Positions 17,293 through 26,843 of a DNA stretch of 32,000 bases are shown piece by piece. The position numbers and the translations under genes are program-made. The stretch covers positions 5,400,001 to 5,432,000 of the forward strand of contig CP104013.1 of assembly GCA_025839675.1 (NCBI GenBank), in the 5' to 3' direction. Within the stretch, counting starts at the first letter, position 1, and each line of letters starts with the position of its first letter. Under the pieces are notes generated by a model. It ran no database searches, was not told the origin of the DNA, and worked only from the letters and a program-made list of their open reading frames with translations. Source of the DNA: Candidatus Lokiarchaeum ossiferum. Lineage in GTDB: Archaea; Asgardarchaeota; Lokiarchaeia; Sigyniarchaeales; Promethearchaeaceae.

Positions 17293-18015
17293 ATGAACCA
17301 AGGAAAATCATTCTATATGATGTTTGATGTTGTTGAAGGAGGCATAGTTGAAGCGATAGAGTTCAGTAAAGAGAGTTTAACGCCCGATCGAAGCATTATC
17401 ATCATGGACGAAGAAAATCAAACTGTATGGTTATGGCATGGCAAAAGGAGAGCTTTAGTTCCACGAAGGATGGCTTTACGTCAGGCACAATCAATCAAAG
17501 GTCACGGTTATCAAGCCGGAAATGCAATAGTTGGAAGAGATTTATCCAAAATAATTGAAATTGATGATCGAAAAGTTGGACGCGAACCAGCAACAACTGA
17601 AGATAATGATAAACTTATGGCGTTGTTAAATTGTCAATTTACTTCTATTGGAAACAGTGTTTTTACTAAATTGGGTGAAGGAGAAGTTGCCGCTCCAAGT
17701 AAAGAAGTGTCTCCAAAAACAGATGCACCTCCAGAATTAAAAAAAGTGTCTGCACCTGCTCCTACGGCTGTAAAACCCGTTGATACGAAATCAGATGATC
17801 AGAAAAAAGGTGCCATTATTATGGCTGTGCTAAGTGAGTTTAAGGATTTATGGATTTCCCGTAAAGATGATGGAATTTTGTCTCTTGAACAAATGGATGG
17901 GAAAATCTGTTCCTTCAAAGTTGAAAATGGAGAAATTAGTTTTCAAACAGGATCTTTCTTTGAGATTCCCAAAGAAAAGAAAGATGCAATTTTAAAAATC
18001 GTTGATTCTCTTTAA
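17293..18015 (+). CDS. Gelsolin/villin-homology-like domain protein with Pro/Ala/Lys linker and unknown C-terminal domain
   Basis: The track starts at TTG 17284; ATG 17293 is more likely. In the N-terminal ~115 aa, FYMMFDVVEGGIVEAIEF...DRSIIIMDEENQTVWLWHGKRRALVPRRMALRQAQSIKG follows the gelsolin-repeat pattern (D.yil....... iy.W.G..a...e...A...A..l). This was matched by eye only. A low-complexity linker follows (AAPSKEVSPKTDAPPELKKVSAPAPTAVKP). Confidence 0.5.
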   Translation: MNQGKSFYMMFDVVEGGIVEAIEFSKESLTPDRSIIIMDEENQTVWLWHGKRRALVPRRMALRQAQSIKGHGYQAGNAIVGRDLSKIIEIDDRKVGREPATTEDNDKLMALLNCQFTSIGNSVFTKLGEGEVAAPSKEVSPKTDAPPELKKVSAPAPTAVKPVDTKSDDQKKGAIIMAVLSEFKDLWISRKDDGILSLEQMDGKICSFKVENGEISFQTGSFFEIPKEKKDAILKIVDSL

Positions 18016-18110
18016 TCAATTTATCCTTTTTTTTAACTAATTTCTTGATTATTTTTAGCACCTAGTTAATATGAGTGTTTTTTAAACTTAAAATCTATTA
18101 AACTTTGAAG

Positions 18111-19934
18111 ATGGATTTTAATACCGTAGTCCAGTATTATGAACGGATTGGAGCCACCAAAAAGCGGTTGGAAATTATTGATATCCTTGCTCAGTTATTT
18201 CAAGAATGCCGAACTACTGATGATGGGGAGGATTTTCCAAAGATAATTTATTTAACCCAAGGGCGATTAGTGTCAGAGATTACCGAATGGCCAAAATTTG
18301 GAGTGGCAGAGAAGATGATTATTCAAGCCATGGTCAAACTAACCAGTTCCGAGTCTTCCCAAATCAAAAAAGCAATTAATAAAACGGGTGATGTTGGTGA
18401 AGTTGTTCAAAACATCTTGAAAAAGGAAAGGAGTAAAAGGGTTAAATATTCTCTAGATTCTGCTTTTAAAACCGGAGAAACTAAAAAAAAGAAAACATTT
18501 CAAATTGAAGCTTTGTACAAAGATCTTGAAAAACTCTCATTATTGAAAGGGGATGGGAGTCAAGAAAATAAAATAGATCTTATTAATGGCATATTACGAA
18601 GATGCACTCCTCAAAGTGCGAAGTATGTTGTAAATATAATTCTTTCCAATCTTCGAATTGGACTTGCAGATATGACGATCATGGATTCCCTTGCAATTGT
18701 GTTTTTAGGTGATAAAAGTAAACGGCATCTAATTGAAAAAGTATACAATATATTTCCAGACTTAGGATTTATTGTTAAGAAATTATTGGATAAAGGAGAA
18801 AAAGGGTTGCAAGAAATTGGAATTCAAGTTGGTGTTCCAATTAGAATGATGTTGGCTTCACGAATTCAATATCCACAAATTCAAGCCAAACTTGGTGGTG
18901 GTGATTTCATTGCTGAATATAAGTACGATGGGGAACGAGTTCAAGTGCATAAGCATGGCAATGAAGTGAAGTTATTTTCCCGGCACCTTAAAGATATCTC
19001 TCTCCAATACCCTGATGTTATTCGAGCTGTTAGGGATGAAATTAAAGCCTACGAGGTCATTTTTGAAGGTGAAATTGTGGCTATGGATCCATTTTTTGAA
19101 AAAATGCTACCATTTCAGGTTGTTAGTACACGTAGAAGAAAGTACGATATTGAGAAAATGATAAAAGAAGTTCCCGTTTCTCTTTTTTGCTTTGATATAC
19201 TCTATTTTCGCCCTGATGAAACTCATTCAATTGAAAAATCCACTACTATGTTCCTTCCGTTAATGGAACGGAGAAAAATGCTTGAATCCCTATTTACTCC
19301 CTCTGATCATCTTCAGTTATCCCAAATGAAAATGATTCATTCGTCCGAAATGATGGTGGACTATTTCAATGAAGCTCGTGCAAAAGGAGCTGAAGGTATT
19401 ATGAATAAAAAAATAGGAGAAGATGCAATTTATAAAGCAGGGAATCGTGGTTTCTTATGGATCAAGTTGAAGGGATTAGAAGGTGCAAAAATGGTGGATA
19501 CTATTGATGTTGTAATTATTGGAGGTTCATGGGGAAAAGGAAGGCGGAAAGGTATTTTAAGTCCTTTATTTGGGGCAGTATATAATTCCGATTCTAATAA
19601 ATTTGAATTCCTAACACGTATTGGGTCTGGGTTTACAGATGACGATTTGATCCAATTTACGGAACAGTTGCGGGAATTTGAAGTTCCGAAATGTCCAAAA
19701 AATGTGATATGTTCTGATGTTCCAGACATGTGGGTAGATCCAAAATTGATAATTGAAGTTATGGGTGATGAGCTCACAATTAGTAACAAGGCGGATGCTG
19801 GGGCGACTCCAACCAATTCTAGTGGGTATGGGCTTCGATTTCCCGTTTATCAACGCACTCGTAATGATAAAGATATTTATCAGATAACTACCACAGCAGA
19901 AATTATATCCTTTTATGAAATGCAAAATGGATGA
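18111..19934 (+). CDS. lig: ATP-dependent DNA ligase
   Basis: Motif I EYKYDGERVQVH (adenylated Lys), motif III FEGEIVA, motif IV SLFCFDILY, motif V GIMNKK...WIKLK, and a C-terminal OB domain. The length and N-terminal DNA-binding domain are typical of archaeal Lig. The track's TTG at 18105 is replaced by ATG 18111 (MDFNTVVQYYE). Confidence 0.93.
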   Translation: MDFNTVVQYYERIGATKKRLEIIDILAQLFQECRTTDDGEDFPKIIYLTQGRLVSEITEWPKFGVAEKMIIQAMVKLTSSESSQIKKAINKTGDVGEVVQNILKKERSKRVKYSLDSAFKTGETKKKKTFQIEALYKDLEKLSLLKGDGSQENKIDLINGILRRCTPQSAKYVVNIILSNLRIGLADMTIMDSLAIVFLGDKSKRHLIEKVYNIFPDLGFIVKKLLDKGEKGLQEIGIQVGVPIRMMLASRIQYPQIQAKLGGGDFIAEYKYDGERVQVHKHGNEVKLFSRHLKDISLQYPDVIRAVRDEIKAYEVIFEGEIVAMDPFFEKMLPFQVVSTRRRKYDIEKMIKEVPVSLFCFDILYFRPDETHSIEKSTTMFLPLMERRKMLESLFTPSDHLQLSQMKMIHSSEMMVDYFNEARAKGAEGIMNKKIGEDAIYKAGNRGFLWIKLKGLEGAKMVDTIDVVIIGGSWGKGRRKGILSPLFGAVYNSDSNKFEFLTRIGSGFTDDDLIQFTEQLREFEVPKCPKNVICSDVPDMWVDPKLIIEVMGDELTISNKADAGATPTNSSGYGLRFPVYQRTRNDKDIYQITTTAEIISFYEMQNG

Positions 19935-19996
19935 TTTGAATCAATTCAAATTCTTGTAATTTGATTTTTTAATCATGGAAATGAAGAAAAAAAGAT

Positions 19997-21862
19997 TTAT
20001 AGATATTTTTTAAACCAATTTACGATCTGCGGATGCAAGATTAATTTATTCTTCAATTTTGTTATTCCATGTCCCTCATCTTCAAAACGAATTAATTTTG
20101 AAGGCACCTTTGTCTTAATTGCTTCATACATTTGTATTGTTTCTGAGATTGGGACACGTTCATCAGTATCTCCACCTTCCAATAATAAAGGACATTGAAT
20201 TTTGTCTATCTTATGGATGGGACTGATTTGGTTTAGAATTTCAAGATCTCGATCTAAATAACCATATTCCACTTCCCGCAATTTTCTCCTCCATGGGGCA
20301 GTATTTTCTAAGAATGTTACAAAATTTGAAATTCCAAATAATTCGACCGCTGCTTTCCACAATTCAGGATATTCAGTGATTGCTGAAAGCACTGCAAATC
20401 CTCCATAACTTCCTCCAAAAATACCCAATCTGTTTCCATCAATTTCATTGTCATTAATTGAAAGATGATTTGCGAGTTCTGCAATATCTCGTGTGGAATC
20501 TAATCTTTTTTCAATATTATCCAAATTTACATACTTCGTCCCATATCCCGAACTCCCTCGAATATTGGGAATGATCAAGGCAAAATGGGCTGCCAAGAAA
20601 TATTGGTGCAAACCCGAAAAATTTGGTTTAGATTGGCCTTCTGGACCTCCATGAATTATGAATATGGTTGGATATCCCTTTTCAGGCCGTTTTCCTGAAG
20701 GAAGATATCTGAAGTATGGGATTGATATATTATCTGAACTCTCAAAATGAAAAAGTGAAGCCTTCCTGAACTCCTTTTGGTTCAAACCTTGGAGATTCAT
20801 ATCTGTTGCACACCACCAGTTCAATTTAGTTGTGTTTAAAATCCACAAATTTGTTGGAAAATCACTTGATGAAATTACTGCACTTAAATATTTTCCATTA
20901 TGACTTAATTCTAAATTTTTTGTGGAAGTTCGTTGATCTCCCCCGATAATAACTCCTTCTACTGGGAGTAAGATGCTTTCGATTGAACTAGTGCCAGATG
21001 AAGAAAATTTTCCCCTATACAATTTAGAATAGCCCTCTTCATTAACCACAAAATAAGTATAGGGCGATGAAGAATTCCAAGTCCAATCATGAATTTCATA
21101 GGGAGGCAATTTATTGATATCTTTTATTTCAAATAGTTCACCTGTAATCGATAGAATCATTAATTGAGAATAATCCGCTTTATAGTCTGTCAAAATTAAT
21201 AAATGATGATCGTCAATAAAACGAATCGGCTTCCATACTGCAATTTGATTTGGAGCTGCGAGTTCAGACAAATTTACTTGGGAATGATCTTCAAGATTTA
21301 ACCAAATTAGATTATGGTGGACAATACTAATATTATTGGTGATAATTACCGATTTTTTGTTAGGGGATTCTAATCTGGTACTGTAAAAACCTGAATTCCC
21401 CGGTGGGGTAAAAATTTTTTCCATAGGATTTTTCAATATAGGTAGTTTTTGACGATACAAACTAAAGCATTTTTTATTCTCAATATTTGCTGAGAAATAG
21501 AGATATTCCTTAGAAATATATGTGAAAAAGTGTTTTGCTTTCTCATCCGAACTTATCCAATGAATTTGTTTTGTATTGTCAATCAAACCTATTTGGAAAT
21601 TTTCATCTCCTTTAAAATCTCGAAGAAAAACAATCGTTCCATCCTTAAGATAATGTGGATCAGTACATCGATCATCTTCAAAAGTGCGTTGTTTGGGCCA
21701 GTTTTGGGCATTTTCGTGGATTTTTAAATCAAATACTTGGAATTGCCCCGGTTGGTTATATATCATGCTAACGAAATCATCCTTAGGGCTCCAAGATGCT
21801 CCTGCACATGATTCAATTGATAGATAGTCTTTTATTTTTTCTTTATTTGTTTTATAATTCAT
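19997..21862 (-). CDS. S9 family serine peptidase (prolyl oligopeptidase / acylaminoacyl-peptidase-like)
   Basis: 621-aa ORF. N-terminal beta-propeller-like region. C-terminal alpha/beta-hydrolase domain with nucleophile elbow GGSYGGF, acid GDTDERV and His EDEGHGI. Confidence 0.88.
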   Translation of the reverse strand: MNYKTNKEKIKDYLSIESCAGASWSPKDDFVSMIYNQPGQFQVFDLKIHENAQNWPKQRTFEDDRCTDPHYLKDGTIVFLRDFKGDENFQIGLIDNTKQIHWISSDEKAKHFFTYISKEYLYFSANIENKKCFSLYRQKLPILKNPMEKIFTPPGNSGFYSTRLESPNKKSVIITNNISIVHHNLIWLNLEDHSQVNLSELAAPNQIAVWKPIRFIDDHHLLILTDYKADYSQLMILSITGELFEIKDINKLPPYEIHDWTWNSSSPYTYFVVNEEGYSKLYRGKFSSSGTSSIESILLPVEGVIIGGDQRTSTKNLELSHNGKYLSAVISSSDFPTNLWILNTTKLNWWCATDMNLQGLNQKEFRKASLFHFESSDNISIPYFRYLPSGKRPEKGYPTIFIIHGGPEGQSKPNFSGLHQYFLAAHFALIIPNIRGSSGYGTKYVNLDNIEKRLDSTRDIAELANHLSINDNEIDGNRLGIFGGSYGGFAVLSAITEYPELWKAAVELFGISNFVTFLENTAPWRRKLREVEYGYLDRDLEILNQISPIHKIDKIQCPLLLEGGDTDERVPISETIQMYEAIKTKVPSKLIRFEDEGHGITKLKNKLILHPQIVNWFKKYL

Positions 21863-22419
21863 AATTGCAATTTTTCCCCCATTTTAATCCCTAGAGTAAA
21901 AATTTCTTCTTGTTTTTCAGGAAGTTCCTCGATGGGAATATCTCTTTGTGTTTTTGGGTCGTAAGTTTGGCATGGATAGCTTTGATAATCTAATTTAAAG
22001 AAAGGGGTAATTTGTTTGAAGAATTGATCGGCTAATTCATAATGATTCCGATATGTGAAAATTGCAAACACTTTTTTTCCACTAAATCCATCCCATGCTA
22101 ATGGTTCCATACGATCAATAGCCAATTTCATTTGTGCAGTTATATAATCCCAATACATTGGAGTAGTGTATATAATCAAATCGGCTGCCCGATAAGAACG
22201 ATAGATTTGTTGCATATCATCGTTGATTATACATAAGTGTGGTTCGACCTTGGTGCATTCAAAACAACCTCGACAAGGGGCAATATTCATTCTATCTAAA
22301 ATGCAATGTTCAATCTTCACTCCAACCTTTGATTTAATGCCATCCAAGAATTTTTCCGTTAATGTATCAGAATTTCGACCTCGACGCGGTGATCCATGAA
22401 GGACTAGAATATTACACAT
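21859..22419 (-). CDS. Iron-sulfur flavoprotein (Isf-like, flavodoxin-fold NADPH-dependent FMN reductase family)
   Basis: 186-aa ORF. ILVLHGSPRRGRNSDTL flavodoxin-like FMN site. Compact cysteine motif CRGCFECTKVEPHLC (C-x2-C-x2-C-x7-C) as in Isf [4Fe-4S] proteins. 4-nt overlap with the downstream peptidase gene. Confidence 0.75.
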   Translation of the reverse strand: MCNILVLHGSPRRGRNSDTLTEKFLDGIKSKVGVKIEHCILDRMNIAPCRGCFECTKVEPHLCIINDDMQQIYRSYRAADLIIYTTPMYWDYITAQMKLAIDRMEPLAWDGFSGKKVFAIFTYRNHYELADQFFKQITPFFKLDYQSYPCQTYDPKTQRDIPIEELPEKQEEIFTLGIKMGEKLQL

Positions 22420-22507
22420 CTCATTTTATATTGTTGGCTTTCCAAAATAATAAGATTTGGTATTCAATGGATTCAAGAATAAAATCATAAATGAAAGTAT
22501 GGATTAA

Positions 22508-23470
22508 TCATTTCTTTTTTGGTAATGCACGTTTATTTGTTTTTTCATGGAAATATTGAACATAATTGGATCCCATAACTAAGGTCAATTGGGGATGATA
22601 TTCTGGATTTCGAGCTTGAATCCACCTAAGTGCATGTTTTAGAGTCCAAATTAAATTGAAATTATCTTTTCCCAATTCTTTTTTTGTTTTTGATGCCAAA
22701 TCATCTGAAATTAGTATATTTGCTTCTTTTATCCATTCGTTCGCTAATTCAAGAATCTTTTCTGGGATATATTTACTTAAATCTTTCAAATTATTGCCAG
22801 TTGCTTTTCTTACATAAATATTTTCATCATGATTTAGATTTTTGAGTATTGTTATCATATCTTGATTTTCTGAAGGATCTCTTAACCATTTAAGGTCTGC
22901 CGAAGCTCGTAAGCTTTCTACAGCTAAACGACGCAGATTGTGCTCAGAAGAATGGGTTAACTCCAATAATGTACGTAATGTATCATTCTTTCGATATTTT
23001 AATCCTATTCTTATTGGATAACAACTAACTTCGCGTATTTCCCATGTTGAGTGGTTTGCCCATTTTTTCACAATATTATAAACCCTTTTCATGGAAGTGG
23101 TTTCAAACTTGATCAATTGTCCAAGAAAACAAAGGCCTAAAAATATAACAAAAGTATTCTGTTTTTCTTCAGCGATTTTCAATAATTGCTGAATAAAGTT
23201 CAAAATTTTGGGTATGTTTTTCTCAATATTTGGAAAGAAAGTCCCGAGATTTTTTTGCGTAATTAACCCCTCTGCCATGGAAACGGTGATATAATATTTT
23301 CCTTTTCCTACACGCTCTTTTTCAGGAATTATTGAATATTCATCTTGTAAAAACTGATTAATTAATTCATACTTGTGAGTGTTTATCTCCATATTATTCC
23401 AGATCGTGAATTTTCTCCAGAATACGAGAGTACGTTCTTTGATCTTAGATTTTGAGCTAATAGAAACCAT
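22508..23470 (-). CDS. HEAT-like repeat protein (DNA-alkylation-repair/AlkD-like family, tentative)
   Basis: 320-aa all-helical ORF. Repeats such as WEIREVSCYPIRIGL, HNLRRLAVESLR and IYVRKATGNNLKDLSK resemble the HEAT-like repeats of the DNA_alkylation family. An alternative start at ATG 23392 (MEINTHKYE) is possible. Confidence 0.45.
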   Translation of the reverse strand: MVSISSKSKIKERTLVFWRKFTIWNNMEINTHKYELINQFLQDEYSIIPEKERVGKGKYYITVSMAEGLITQKNLGTFFPNIEKNIPKILNFIQQLLKIAEEKQNTFVIFLGLCFLGQLIKFETTSMKRVYNIVKKWANHSTWEIREVSCYPIRIGLKYRKNDTLRTLLELTHSSEHNLRRLAVESLRASADLKWLRDPSENQDMITILKNLNHDENIYVRKATGNNLKDLSKYIPEKILELANEWIKEANILISDDLASKTKKELGKDNFNLIWTLKHALRWIQARNPEYHPQLTLVMGSNYVQYFHEKTNKRALPKKK

Positions 23471-23509
23471 GAGACTGACCTAAAAAATATTTAAAAAATT
23501 ATTAAAAGA

Positions 23510-25048
23510 TTAGATTTTTTCAAGAGTCATTCCTCCCAAAATCTGGGGTAAATGCGCATTATAATATTCAACGGCCTTTTTTAGACGGTGTTCACTATCG
23601 GAATAAATTTTAAAGATAACTTCTCCTTTTTCCGTATTTTGACCGATTTTTCGGAGTATTTCGATTCCTGCCTTTTTGGCTGCTGGACATCCTGCAATCT
23701 TTGCAATGCGATTAATATGCTCATTTTCTACTGAAGTAATAAATCCATCAAAAGACGCTTTCATTTCTGCCACAAATGGTCCCACTTCAATATTTTTAGG
23801 CAAAATGTCTGGGTTTCCTCCTTGAGCTTTTATCATTCGTTTCATAGCTGTATAAGCTTGTCCAGAATTAAGGATCTCTAAGGCGAGATCTTTTCCTTGA
23901 CCTTCTTGTGCTTTTCCTGCCATTTCTAAAAGAATTCCTGCAAGTTCACACGATTTATTTCGAAGACTAGATGGTCCTTCTAATGGATTAATAAGAAGGT
24001 TCATCGCTTCTCGAGCTTCCAAAGCAGGTCCTACAGCATGACCAATCGGTTGAGATGCATTTGTTAAGAGACAAACGGTTTGAATTCCAACCTTTTGGGC
24101 AATATCTTTAAATCTGATAGCGTATTTCTTACCATCTTCTAAGGTGGGAAACTTGGTTCCTTTTCCACAAGGAATGTCAAGTACTAATTTTTTTACACCC
24201 ATTGACATCTTTTTACAAATAATTGATGCTATCATTAGCGGAAACGGATCCATGGTCAGTGGTTTTTCTATTCGTATTAATGCATTATCAGCAGGCGCTG
24301 AATCCAGAGCACCTCCCCACAAAATACCACATTTTTCCGTTTTTAAAATTTCCAATACTTTTTCTTTGGAAAATGCAACAGGTGCTAGTACTTCAAATGA
24401 ATCTGCTGTGCCAGAAGGTGATGTAATTGCACGGGTTGATGTTTTTGGAATAAATAATCCCGCAGCTGCAATTATTGGGACAATAATTAATGTAACTTTA
24501 TTTCCTGGAACTCCACCTGTTGAATGTTTATCATAAACCTCTGATCCAAAATCTAAAACTTCTCCTGAGTGGGCCATGGCATTAGTAAGATCTACAACTT
24601 CCCGATCAGTAGCCCCTCGGACTTCCAAACCAATAATGAATGATGCTTTTTCAATGTCGAGTAATCGCTCATGAGTACAATCATTGATGATATCTTGAAT
24701 TTCTTGAGTGCTTAGTTCTTTTCCTTTTACTTTTGCCTTAATAGCCAAGAAAGAATTAGGTTTTGAAGAGAGTTGAACATCTATTCCCTTATAATCATTA
24801 GAGAGCTTCAATTTCTCATAAACTTCGTCATATAAACCCATTGTCCCACGCGATAACATTTTTTCTCCTGTTGCAATATCAACAACTGCAATGATACCTG
24901 GTTCTAATTTAGTTCCATCGGTTTTATATGGGATTAATCTGACACGATCTCCTGGTTTTGCTCCCAATTCAAATGCATCTTCATCGTCTAAGACTATTAT
25001 CTTTACTGCTCCACTGGATATGCCTAGTTTTCTAAACTTGAATTTCAT
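23510..25048 (-). CDS. deoA: AMP phosphorylase (archaeal DeoA-type, thymidine-phosphorylase family with N-terminal extension), copy 1
   Basis: 512-aa ORF. Nucleoside-phosphorylase-II signature DKHSTGGVPGNK and TSPSGTADS. An ~85-aa N-terminal extra domain and a ~500-aa length are typical of archaeal AMP phosphorylases rather than ~440-aa bacterial thymidine phosphorylases. Confidence 0.85.
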   Translation of the reverse strand: MKFKFRKLGISSGAVKIIVLDDEDAFELGAKPGDRVRLIPYKTDGTKLEPGIIAVVDIATGEKMLSRGTMGLYDEVYEKLKLSNDYKGIDVQLSSKPNSFLAIKAKVKGKELSTQEIQDIINDCTHERLLDIEKASFIIGLEVRGATDREVVDLTNAMAHSGEVLDFGSEVYDKHSTGGVPGNKVTLIIVPIIAAAGLFIPKTSTRAITSPSGTADSFEVLAPVAFSKEKVLEILKTEKCGILWGGALDSAPADNALIRIEKPLTMDPFPLMIASIICKKMSMGVKKLVLDIPCGKGTKFPTLEDGKKYAIRFKDIAQKVGIQTVCLLTNASQPIGHAVGPALEAREAMNLLINPLEGPSSLRNKSCELAGILLEMAGKAQEGQGKDLALEILNSGQAYTAMKRMIKAQGGNPDILPKNIEVGPFVAEMKASFDGFITSVENEHINRIAKIAGCPAAKKAGIEILRKIGQNTEKGEVIFKIYSDSEHRLKKAVEYYNAHLPQILGGMTLEKI

Positions 25049-25173
25049 GGTTAATCAACAAAGATAAATTGCATTTCCACCCTTTATTTGTTTGGGTAAA
25101 GCGTGTGTTATCATAAATAATAAAAAGAATTGGCAAATCCCGAAAAAAAATCACTTTATAGAAAAAAGGAGTA

Positions 25174-26712
25174 TTAGATTTTCTCGATGGTCATGCTTGC
25201 AAAATTGAAAACTGGATGGGAATTATAATATTCCACTGCTTTTTTCAGCTGAGAATCTGTTGGGGCATAAATCTTCAAGATAGTATCTCCAAGTTGAACT
25301 TTATGTCCAATTTTGTGTTCAATTTCTATGCCTGCTGATTTTGAAGCAGGGCATCCTGCAATTTTAGCAATGCTGTTAATGTGTCTATTATTAACTTCTG
25401 ATATTATTCCTTGTATATCTGCTTTCATTTCTGCAATATAAGGCCCTACGGTTATATCCTCTGGAAGAATATCGGGAAAACCTCCTTGAGTACGAATAAG
25501 TTGTTTCATTTCATCATATGCTTTTCCCGATTTAAGAATATCCGTTGCATATTCTTTACCCTTGCCTTCTGGAGCTTTTCCTGCCATTTCTAGAAGTGCT
25601 CCTGCTAAATCTGTTGATTTGTTTAAAAGGCTTGACGGTCCTACAGATGGATCAATAAGTAAGCGCAAAGCTTCTCTTGCTTCTAATGCTGGTCCTACAG
25701 CATGACCAATGGGTTGTGATGCAGAAGTTAGCAAACATGTGCACTCAATTCCAACACGGGCTGCAATTTCTTTAAATTGTCGAGCAAATTTCCGACCAAT
25801 TTCTACCGTCGGAAATTTAGTTCCTGGTCCTACAGGAATATCCATCGTCAAAATTTTTACGCCCATACTTAATTTTTTGGCCAAAATAGATGCAATCATT
25901 ATCGGTAATGGGTCGATATTAAGTGATTTCTCAATCTTTATAAAAATATCCGCAGCAGGGGCTGATTTCATGGCTCCAGCCCAAAATATTCCCGCTTTTT
26001 TAGATTCCAAAATATTTAAGATTTCTTCTTTGGTGAATGAAACGGATGCAAGTACTTCCATGCTATCGGCTGTTCCAGATGGGGAAGTTATTGCCCTTGT
26101 TGATGTTTTTGGGATCAGTAAGCCTGCAGATGCTATTATGGGGACTATAATTAATGTGATTTTATTTCCAGGAACTCCTCCCGTACTGTGTTTATCATAA
26201 ACATTTGGTCCTAAATCAAGAATATCTCCAGAATGGGTAAAAGCATAGGTAAAATCTACAATTTCGTTTTCAGTTAATCCATGAATTTCAACGCCAGTTA
26301 TAAAAGAAGCTAACTCTATTCCCAACAACCTTTCATCCACACAATCATTGACAATTCCCAATATCTCTTGAGTCGAAAGTTCTTTTCCTTTGATTTTTTT
26401 TCGAATTGCGGCATATGATTTGGGTTTTGAGGATAAAAAGATTTCAATATTCTTATCATCTTCCCCTAAAGCTAATTTATCTTTTACTTCGTCATATACA
26501 CCTACTTCTCCCGGTTCCACAATTCCAGAACCAGTCGCTAGATCTACAATCGCAATTATTCCTGGTTCTATCAATGTCCCATCTAAATTCTTTTTAAAAA
26601 TTCTTACTCGACTTCCCGGTTTAGCATTAATTTTGAAAGCATCTTCATCATCTAAAATGATTATGTTAATTCCACCAGATGCTAACCCTAGTTTTTTTTT
26701 CCTTAATTGCAA
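25174..26712 (-). CDS. deoA: AMP phosphorylase paralog, copy 2 (apparent TTG start)
   Basis: 512-aa ORF that aligns without gaps to copy 1 and has the same DKHSTGGVPGNK / TSPSGTADS core. The aligned N-terminus begins at TTG 26710-26712, and there is no in-frame ATG nearby. Confidence 0.85.
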   Translation of the reverse strand: MQLRKKKLGLASGGINIIILDDEDAFKINAKPGSRVRIFKKNLDGTLIEPGIIAIVDLATGSGIVEPGEVGVYDEVKDKLALGEDDKNIEIFLSSKPKSYAAIRKKIKGKELSTQEILGIVNDCVDERLLGIELASFITGVEIHGLTENEIVDFTYAFTHSGDILDLGPNVYDKHSTGGVPGNKITLIIVPIIASAGLLIPKTSTRAITSPSGTADSMEVLASVSFTKEEILNILESKKAGIFWAGAMKSAPAADIFIKIEKSLNIDPLPIMIASILAKKLSMGVKILTMDIPVGPGTKFPTVEIGRKFARQFKEIAARVGIECTCLLTSASQPIGHAVGPALEAREALRLLIDPSVGPSSLLNKSTDLAGALLEMAGKAPEGKGKEYATDILKSGKAYDEMKQLIRTQGGFPDILPEDITVGPYIAEMKADIQGIISEVNNRHINSIAKIAGCPASKSAGIEIEHKIGHKVQLGDTILKIYAPTDSQLKKAVEYYNSHPVFNFASMTIEKI

Positions 26713-26843
26713 ATTTCGTTCATCTCGATTATCTGAGTCATTCTTTTTTTTAGTTATCTTTAGGTTAAAAACATATATATCTTTCTATAAGGGTGCAAAA
26801 CAATACTTGCGATAAAAAGAAGAAAAAAAGAGTCTTTTTCAAT

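Noticed and set aside
17284-18110. TTG start codons proposed by the track for the gelsolin-like gene (17284) and the DNA ligase (18105).
   Set aside because: In-frame ATGs 3 and 2 codons downstream (17293 and 18111) give more typical N-termini. The TTG start is retained only for AMP phosphorylase copy 2, where no ATG alternative exists.
24144-26815. Plus-strand ORFs of 60-163 aa inside the two AMP phosphorylase genes (24144-24536, 24223-24426, 25411-25593, 25709-26200, 26390-26815, 26406-26597).
   Set aside because: They are antisense shadow ORFs of strongly supported minus-strand genes. The paralogous shadows recur simply because the sense genes are paralogs.
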